A stretch of 64,000 nt of DNA from Acidobacteriota bacterium (lineage in GTDB: Bacteria; Acidobacteriota; UBA890; WLXD01): contig CAXWPL010000003.1 of NCBI GenBank assembly GCA_963666215.2, positions 368,366 through 432,365 of the forward strand, read 5' to 3'. The position numbers and the translations under genes were made by a program. A model generated the notes under the pieces. It was not told the DNA's origin and made no database searches. It saw nothing but the letters and a program-made list of their open reading frames with translations. This document shows positions 57,240 through 64,000 of this stretch, in pieces. Numbering within the stretch: position 1 is the stretch's first letter; every line of letters begins with the position of its first letter.

Positions 57240-59914
57240 TCTTCAAGCGAATCCACGTCGACGGCTTCGGCATTTGGCGCGACCTGACGCTCGACAATCT
57301 GAGTCCTGGGCTGAACGTCCTGGCGGCCCCGAACGAGGGCGGCAAGTCCACCCTCATGGCGTTCATCAGGGCGCTGCTGTTCGGTTTCAAGCGCCGCGGC
57401 CACGCGTGTCGCTATGAGCCGCTCCGAGGCGGTACTCACGGCGGCTACATCGAGCTCAGTAACGAGGGCGCGCATTATCGCGTCGAGCGCCGAGAGGGCG
57501 TGACCTCGCGAGGAGACGTGAGCGTAGTAGCGGCCGACGGCAAGGAGCTGCCGGCGACGAAGCTCGACAGCCTGCTGCACGGCACAACAGAGACCTTGTA
57601 CGAGCACGTGTTCGCCTTCGGCCTCGACGAGCTGCAGGCGCTCGACACGCTGCAGGCCGAAGATGTCGCGGGCCATATATACAGCGCCGGCATGAGCGGT
57701 GGCACGGTCAATCCAGTGGCTTTCCACGCCAAGTTGCGCGCCGAGATGGCCGCGATCTATCGCCCCAGGGGCAAGCGTCAGCCGGTCTGCCGCCTATTGA
57801 ACGAGATCGAGGCCGACGGAGAGAGCATCGAGATGCTCTCGCAGCGGCCGGAGGAGCACGCCGAGCTTCATCGTCGCCGCCTGGCGCTGGAGCGTCGGCT
57901 CGAACAGCACGACCAGCGTCTCGAGCAGAGACGCGCCCGATACGACGAAGCCCGTCGCGACCGACGCGCCTGGAGTCACTACAGCGTGCTCCTTCGAGCG
58001 GAAACCGGACTGGAGACGCTCGGCATCCCGGCCACCGCGCTCGCCGAAGCCGGGCGAAGCTCTCGCACAGCGGTCGCCACCGCCACGGTCACACCGGCTT
58101 CGTTGCCAGCAAGAGCCACCGCGCAGGCCCCTGCCCCGACGGCCTCGTCGACAGCAGTGGCGACAGCCCTCGCAACCGACGGGTCGGCGGTGGCCCCGGA
58201 TGGGCGCACCCTGGCTGGCGAGCTGATGTCGAGCGCCCAACGACGGCTGCTGTCCGAATCGAACCGCATCCGTGGATTGGCGGCGAGCGGCGAGCGACTG
58301 GGCGAACTGCACGCCACGGCGGTTGCCCGACGCGAACACGCCCGCGCTCTGCGGAAGGGGCTATTCGGTGAGCTCGAGGGCTTCGGCGAGGGCTGGTCGC
58401 TGGAACGCGCGCGCCGCATCCGCACCGACGTCACGGCTCGTGACGAGATTCGCGCGCAGGCCGATGCTCGGGCCCGCGCGACCGTCGAGATCGACGGTAG
58501 CCGCGAGCGTGCCGAGGAGTCACACTCGATCTACGCCGCCATGGTCCAGAACGCCGAGCAGATCTCTCGCGGCAGCATGCTCGCCTCCTGGATGCTCATC
58601 GGCGCCGGGGTCGTATTGAGCGCGGTGCTGGTGCCCGAGCAGGCTCGTCTCGCGAGCACCGCGAGTGTCTCGGTCGTCGGCTTGGTGATTGGAGCCGTCA
58701 TCACCTGGCTGCACTTCCGTGGCCTGGTGCGAGGCCGCACCGAGCGACAGGTCGCTTCGCAGCGCGAGGCCGAGCACTGGCAGCGCCACGAAGACGCGAA
58801 GATCCACGAGGAGCGCCTCGAGGCCGACTGGCAGCGCTGGCTCGCGGCCGAGGCGCTGCCCCACGACCTGACCTTCGGCGGGGCACTCGATCTGCTGGCG
58901 CGCGTATGCGCCCTGCAGGCCAAAGATGGCAGAGCCGACGCCGCGGAAGACTCGGTCAACGCGGCGCTCGCCGAGCTGCAGCAATCGTGCATGAACGTGC
59001 TCACCCTGCTCAACGATCTCGGCAGGTCGCACCTGGAGCTCACCTACAACCCCCTCAAGATGGTCGACCCGCTGCTGAGCACCATCGAAGCCTTGCATGC
59101 GGAGTTCGACAGCGCCGAGGACTACCGCGAGCGCATCCGCAAAGGACTCGACGAGCACTCTCAGGCGATCGCGGCCTTGCGCGCGCTCGCCGGCGACGAC
59201 GGGGCCGAGGCGCTGCGTGCGCGCCTCGAGGCTACCGATCCCGACAGCCGCGAACGAGCGGTTGGTGCCGCCAAGGGAGAGCTCGATTCGGCTCGAGCCG
59301 ACCGCGACGCGGTGAACGAGAGTCTCGGGGCGTTGCGCGAGCAAATTCGCGGCCTCGAAAACGACGCAGAGTTGACGACTCATCTCCAGCGGCGAGAAGC
59401 GCGACGTTCGACGCTAACCAGCCAGGTCGAAGAGTGGGCGGTGCGGGCCCTCGCCGTGTCGTTGTACGAGCAGGCGAAGAACACCTACGAATCGGAGCGC
59501 CAACCGGAAGTGTTGCGGTTCGCCAGCGACTATCTGGAGACCATGACCGACCGCCGCTACTTGCGCGTGATCGCACCCTTGGGAGAAGACCGGCTCGAGA
59601 TCGAGCGCGCCGTGAGCGGTGAAAGACTGTGTCCGGCCGATCTTTCGCGTGGCACCCGCGAGCAGCTCTACCTGGCCCTGCGGCTGGCACTCGCCAAGGT
59701 GTACGGCGCACGTGCAGTGGCCCTGCCACTCGTCGCCGACGACATCCTGGTGAACTTCGACGACGACCGCGCACGATCCACCACGCGACTCCTGGCCGAC
59801 TACGCCGCCGACGGCCATCAGATCTTGGCCTTCACCTGCCATCGGCACCTGATCTCGACTTTCGAGCGCAATGCGCCGGGCGCCAGCATCCGTTTGCTTC
59901 CGGCTCACGCGTAG
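57236..59914 (+). CDS. yhaN: YhaN-family SMC-like ATPase with an internal TM pair
   Basis: APNEGGKST Walker A, coiled coil, LSRGTREQLYLALRLA, DDILVNFD, FTCH; ATGA coupling. Confidence 0.92.
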   Translation: MIFKRIHVDGFGIWRDLTLDNLSPGLNVLAAPNEGGKSTLMAFIRALLFGFKRRGHACRYEPLRGGTHGGYIELSNEGAHYRVERREGVTSRGDVSVVAADGKELPATKLDSLLHGTTETLYEHVFAFGLDELQALDTLQAEDVAGHIYSAGMSGGTVNPVAFHAKLRAEMAAIYRPRGKRQPVCRLLNEIEADGESIEMLSQRPEEHAELHRRRLALERRLEQHDQRLEQRRARYDEARRDRRAWSHYSVLLRAETGLETLGIPATALAEAGRSSRTAVATATVTPASLPARATAQAPAPTASSTAVATALATDGSAVAPDGRTLAGELMSSAQRRLLSESNRIRGLAASGERLGELHATAVARREHARALRKGLFGELEGFGEGWSLERARRIRTDVTARDEIRAQADARARATVEIDGSRERAEESHSIYAAMVQNAEQISRGSMLASWMLIGAGVVLSAVLVPEQARLASTASVSVVGLVIGAVITWLHFRGLVRGRTERQVASQREAEHWQRHEDAKIHEERLEADWQRWLAAEALPHDLTFGGALDLLARVCALQAKDGRADAAEDSVNAALAELQQSCMNVLTLLNDLGRSHLELTYNPLKMVDPLLSTIEALHAEFDSAEDYRERIRKGLDEHSQAIAALRALAGDDGAEALRARLEATDPDSRERAVGAAKGELDSARADRDAVNESLGALREQIRGLENDAELTTHLQRREARRSTLTSQVEEWAVRALAVSLYEQAKNTYESERQPEVLRFASDYLETMTDRRYLRVIAPLGEDRLEIERAVSGERLCPADLSRGTREQLYLALRLALAKVYGARAVALPLVADDILVNFDDDRARSTTRLLADYAADGHQILAFTCHRHLISTFERNAPGASIRLLPAHA

Positions 59915-60113
59915 CAGGGCTGGGTTTGCTGTAAGGCCGGGCTGAGGGATTCGGGGCGCTCGGAACGCCTCTCGGCGAACGAAAGTACTCCCGCACACTT
60001 GTCAGGTGTTGGCCTGATGGTGTAGGTCTGTGGCCGCCGGCATGGAATTTGTTGACGGTGAACGCCGTCACGCCCTCGCAGGGCCAGTAACTCGGCCCGT
60101 TCGGAGCTACTGA

Positions 60114-60776
60114 ATGAGTAAACGCAAACCGGGCGCCGAGCCTCGCCCAGAGGTCTCTCGGCGATCGTTCATCAAGGGTGTCGGGGCCGGTGGCATCGGA
60201 ACCACGCTCCTGGCGTCACAAGCGTTGGCAGCCGAGCAAACCGTCGACCCCAACCTCGGGCGCGTCGATGGTCCTGGAGCGGTCCCTGTCACGCTCAACG
60301 TCAACGGTGAGACCATCGAGATGAACGTCGAGCCGCGCGAAACGCTGCTCGACGCGCTGCGCCAGGGAAAGACGCCGGACAACGAGTATGTCGATTTGAC
60401 CGGCAACAAGCGTGTTTGTGATCGCGCCACGTGTGGTGCCTGCTCGATGCTGCTCGACGGCGAGATGATCTACGGCTGCTCAGTGCTCGCCGTCGAAGCG
60501 CAGGGAGCGGCAATCACGACCATCGAAGGCCTTGGCACGCCGGAGAGCTTGAGCTCGGTTCAAGAGGCCTTCATAGAGCACGACGCCACCATGTGCGGCT
60601 TCTGTACGCCCGGGATGGTGATCGCGGTTACCACGCTCCTGCAGAACAACTCGAGCCCGCCACACGAGCAAATTCAGAAGGCTCTCGACGGCAACATCTG
60701 CCGCTGCGGGACCTATGCAAAGATCTTCCAGGCTACCGACGCGGTTGCTGCGAAGATGCGCGGGGCGCGGACATGA
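60114..60776 (+). CDS. Tat-exported (2Fe-2S) subunit of a xanthine/aldehyde oxidoreductase (PaoA/YagT-like)
   Basis: SRRSFIK Tat motif, CDRATCGAC, CGFCTPG, CRCG. Confidence 0.93.
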   Translation: MSKRKPGAEPRPEVSRRSFIKGVGAGGIGTTLLASQALAAEQTVDPNLGRVDGPGAVPVTLNVNGETIEMNVEPRETLLDALRQGKTPDNEYVDLTGNKRVCDRATCGACSMLLDGEMIYGCSVLAVEAQGAAITTIEGLGTPESLSSVQEAFIEHDATMCGFCTPGMVIAVTTLLQNNSSPPHEQIQKALDGNICRCGTYAKIFQATDAVAAKMRGART

Positions 60777-61058
60777 GCCGAGCGAACGAGGGGACGGGCA
60801 CGGTGCCACGTAGCGATCGCTACGCCGGCAAGGTCGAACCGACCGGTGCCGCGGCAACAATCACCGAACGAGCCCGCACATGGGCCCAGGAAGCCGGCGA
60901 ACCACGGCAGTGGTCTTGGCCCGAGGAACGCCGCCTGATCGGGACCCGTATCCAGCGGATCGACGGCTCCGTAAAGGTGACGGGCGCGGCGCGCTACAGC
61001 TACGACATCAACCGACCGGAGATGTGCTACGGGAAGATGGTGCGCTCTCCGTACGCCC
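60773..61058 (+). pseudogene. N-terminal fragment of a xanthine dehydrogenase-family Mo-binding subunit
   Basis: IGTRIQRIDGSVKVTGAARYSYD...VRSPYA, then an abrupt loss of similarity. Confidence 0.85.
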
Positions 61059-61061
61059 AGC

Positions 61062-61691
61062 GTGGCCTCTCTTCCAGTCAGGCCACTCGCCGAGAACTTT
61101 TCGCTGCGCGCCGATGCCGCGGCGCTCGAAGCGCTGCCCGACGCCATCGCCGCGGTGCTCGACGGCGACGCCCTGACGCTGGTCGACGGCGACGAAGATG
61201 TTCTGACCGTGAGGCTGATTAGCCAACTGCCGCCCTCTACCGGGGAGTCGGCGCGCGGCTTTCTGCGCTATCCGATGATCGAGATCGGCTCGCTGCTCGG
61301 CGTCATGCAGGTCCATCGTGAGCACGACGACTACCGCGGCCAGAGCGTGCCGCCCGGGCTGTACGGCGTCCGCTATCTGCAACAGTCACTCGACGGGGCG
61401 CACGCGGGCATGACGTTCTTTCGCGACTTCGCCGCCCTCGTGCCGCTGGACGATTCAACCATCGCGGAGCCCATCAGCCAGGACGACGGCCTCGACGCCG
61501 CACTGGAGCTGAACACGCACGCATTCGTGTGGGGGCTATGGCCGGCGAGCGACGTGAGCGCCACTGAGCTGCCAGCGTTAGGGCGGGTCGATGACCTGTG
61601 GGTGCTGCGAGTCGATCTCCCGCAATCCGGTGAAGCCCCTCTCGCTTTCGGCCTGGTTGTCGTCGGCGGTGAGGCCCCCGAAGGATACTAG
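61062..61691 (+). CDS. Hypothetical protein, probably 5'-truncated
   Basis: Protein-like ORF (DYRGQSVPPGLYGVRY.QQSLDGAHAG.TFFRDF) that begins at the junction with no RBS. Confidence 0.7.
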   Translation: MASLPVRPLAENFSLRADAAALEALPDAIAAVLDGDALTLVDGDEDVLTVRLISQLPPSTGESARGFLRYPMIEIGSLLGVMQVHREHDDYRGQSVPPGLYGVRYLQQSLDGAHAGMTFFRDFAALVPLDDSTIAEPISQDDGLDAALELNTHAFVWGLWPASDVSATELPALGRVDDLWVLRVDLPQSGEAPLAFGLVVVGGEAPEGY

Positions 61692-61983
61692 GGCCACTCG
61701 CGGCTTCTCTCGGGTGCCCTCAGCGGCTCCCCGAAGGTCGTCAGGTCGGGCGGCAGGCCCCACCGGCCGCAGCTACCGCCTCTCGAGTCGCGAGCGGAGA
61801 GCAGCGAGCCTAGGCGAGGCGCGGGCAAGCGAACATGTGTTTGCTGTGTCGCATCTCAGACCGCATCCTATGGACTCTATTGACCCTGCGGATTCGACCC
61901 ATCGATCTGGTGATCGTTCGGGTTGGCGCGCCGGCACGCGCGGCCTCCCCTCGCCGAGCTGCCCGTCACGAGGCGAATACTCG

Positions 61984-62736
61984 ATGACACTCGATCTCGA
62001 GCGCATCGACGCGATCTTCTTCGATCTCGACGACACGCTCATCGATACCTCGGGCGTGCTCGTTGATCCGGCGCTTCGGGTTACCGCCCGCCGACTGCTC
62101 GACGCCGGAATGCCCGGAGCAATCGCAGAGGTCGAACAGTTCCTTCTCCGCCAGGCGCAGGCCGGACGCGGACTCGACTACTTTCGCAACGCCGCCGTGC
62201 ACTTCGGCGCATCCGATATGGACGTCGATCGTCTGGCGGAGATCGGGCGTCGGACCTTCCTCACTGTCGAGGTCCCGGCCATTCGCACGCTTCCCGGCGT
62301 CGCACAGCTGCTCGACACACTCGAAGGCAGGTGCCGGCTGTTTCTTGTCACCGCCGGCGATCCGGCAACGCAGCGAGCCAAGATCGCGCAGCTCGATATT
62401 GGCTCGCGATTCGACGAGATGCGCTTTGTCTCCTCGCTCGAAGGCGAGGACAAGGACGCCGCGTTCGTCGATCTGATGCAAGGGCACGACCTGGAAGCGG
62501 AACGGTGCGTGTGCGTCGGCGACCGGTTGGTGGGTGAGATCCGCAGCGGCAACCATCTCGGCATGAAAACGGTCTGGCTGCGCCGCGGCGAGTTCAGCCG
62601 CATGGCGCCAGCAACACCCATGGACACTCCTGATTTCACCATCAGCGATCCGCGCGAGCTCGGCACACTTCTCGGGCTCGCGAGCACGCCGGCTCGTCGG
62701 GTCGCCGCTACCGAGGCAACTTCGTGGAGCGAATAA
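61984..62736 (+). CDS. HAD-superfamily hydrolase
   Basis: FFDLDDTL, LVTAG, VGDRLVGEIRSGNHLG. Confidence 0.92.
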   Translation: MTLDLERIDAIFFDLDDTLIDTSGVLVDPALRVTARRLLDAGMPGAIAEVEQFLLRQAQAGRGLDYFRNAAVHFGASDMDVDRLAEIGRRTFLTVEVPAIRTLPGVAQLLDTLEGRCRLFLVTAGDPATQRAKIAQLDIGSRFDEMRFVSSLEGEDKDAAFVDLMQGHDLEAERCVCVGDRLVGEIRSGNHLGMKTVWLRRGEFSRMAPATPMDTPDFTISDPRELGTLLGLASTPARRVAATEATSWSE

Positions 62737-63144
62737 GCCGTCGGACTGCAGATCGCATCGAAGCGCTTACGAGGCCGTTCGAGATCGGCGGACATGGGCT
62801 CGTATTCTGTCCCTGTCGAGTGCTGCCGGAGACTGTGCTCGCCCTCAAAACGGTCATGCACGAGATTGCGCGGCTCTGGGGAGAGACGCTCGGCGGGGAC
62901 GTGCTGAGCGCCCTGCTCGGCACCCGTGAAGGAGCAGACTTCTTCCAAGGAACGGTGCGCCTGGTGCAGGTGCAGGCGGGGCGGCCCGACATGGCGGGGG
63001 TGTGGTTCGCCGTGCCACCCGACTACCCACGGCGAGTGAAGGTGCAGCTGATCGACATGTTCGAGCCCTACGAGTTTCCCCTGGATCGAAGAAGACCCCG
63101 CGCCGCACGACGGGCTAGGCCCGGCCCCGGAGATCATGGATTGA
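62724..63144 (+). CDS. Hypothetical protein of ~140 aa (not in the ORF track); reads in frame into pyk as assembled
   Basis: Hand translation VERISRRTADRIEALTRPFEIGGHGLVFCPCRVLP...VWFAVPPDYPRRVKVQLIDMFEPYEFP, with no stop before pyk. Confidence 0.6.
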
Positions 63145-64000
63145 AGCCAAGCATTCGCAGTTCACGCCGCACGAAGATCGTGTGCACGATCGGCCCGGCC
63201 ACGGAGTCGCGCGAGAGCCTCGAGAGTCTCGTAACCGCCGGCATGGACGTCGCACGTCTGAATTTCTCGCACGGAAGCCCGGCCTGGCACCGGGAACGGG
63301 TGGAGCTGCTGCGCCAGATCAGCCAGGAGCACGGGCGCCCCATCGGCATTCTCCAGGACCTGCCAGGGCCCAAGCTCCGGGTTGGTGAGATCGCCTCGCC
63401 GGACGGCGAGCCCGTGGAACTGCGCACCGGATCGACGTTCCGAATACATATGGGTGACAGGGTCGGCAACGCGCTCGAGGCGTCGGTCGATTACCTCGAG
63501 CTCGCCAGTCAGGTCAGGCCGGGAGACCGGATCGTCCTTGGCGACGGCGATGCCGAGCTGGAAGTCCGCCATTCCGACCCCGAGCTCATTACCTGCGAAG
63601 TCATCGCCGGGGGCCCTCTTTCGAGCCGTAAGGGGCTGACGCTTCCGATGCGCCCACTCGACTTCCCCGGTCTGACCGATGAGGACCGCGCTGCCCTCGA
63701 GATCGGTCTCGAGATCGGTGTTGATTTCATCGCGCTGTCGTTCGTGCGCAGCCGCGAGGACATCCGCGCCGCGCGTGACGCGATCCTGGCCTGTGGCGGT
63801 TCCGTGCCGCTGATCGCCAAGATCGAGCGTCCGGAGGCCGTGGAACAGCTCGAGGCAATTCTCGAGGAGTCCGACGGGTTGCTGGTGGCGCGCGGCGACC
63901 TCGCCGTCGCGATGCCACTCGAGATGATCCCGCAGGTGCAAAAACGGATCATCCGACTGGCCAACGCCGCCGGCAAGCCGGTGATCACGGCACGCAGATG
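63141..64000 (+). CDS. pyk: Pyruvate kinase (3' end beyond the window)
   Basis: RRTKIVCTIGPA, GMDVARLNFSHG, DLPGPKLR, IALSFV, IAKIE, LVARGDL; TTG start with a GGAG RBS. Confidence 0.97.
   Translation, partial: MKPSIRSSRRTKIVCTIGPATESRESLESLVTAGMDVARLNFSHGSPAWHRERVELLRQISQEHGRPIGILQDLPGPKLRVGEIASPDGEPVELRTGSTFRIHMGDRVGNALEASVDYLELASQVRPGDRIVLGDGDAELEVRHSDPELITCEVIAGGPLSSRKGLTLPMRPLDFPGLTDEDRAALEIGLEIGVDFIALSFVRSREDIRAARDAILACGGSVPLIAKIERPEAVEQLEAILEESDGLLVARGDLAVAMPLEMIPQVQKRIIRLANAAGKPVITARR

Noticed and set aside
61830-61843. CGAACATGTGTTTG resembling a Gram-positive-type LexA box upstream of the HAD gene
   Set aside because: Single imperfect occurrence, not seen before the DNA repair genes in the window, and the host LexA motif is unknown.

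Overview
GC-rich bacterial chromosomal window. The gene repertoire (CRTAC1/FG-GAP, TPR, several sulfatase-fold and M14 proteins, Ser/Thr kinase-ATPase) suggests Acidobacteriota, but this is an inference. It holds about 45 genes: housekeeping (lepA, rpiA, 2-oxoacid:ferredoxin oxidoreductase alpha/beta, pyk, lemA-htpX, yhaO-yhaN, two DNA glycosylases), many secreted hydrolases, and one complete IS256-family element inserted in a large secreted lyase-like gene. No rRNA, tRNA or CRISPR array was seen. The best candidate for an undescribed system is 7707-10700(-). This single 997-aa ORF joins a 7-TM inner-membrane domain, through an internal cleavable signal peptide, to a complete heme-type TonB-dependent outer-membrane receptor, and it is followed directly by a sensor kinase and an OmpR-family regulator. 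Other notable items are a ~150-bp structured repeat in two copies with compensatory base changes, an ATA-start transposase with an RBS-sequestering hairpin, a duplicated WHxH-C protein beside a Tyr-less SDR, and an unannotated gene fused in frame to pyk. Many genes are broken at abrupt junctions (about 4970, 11730, 12175, 19405, 31345, 32760, 46205, 61058), which suggests a draft or gap-collapsed assembly, so fusion claims need read-level confirmation.
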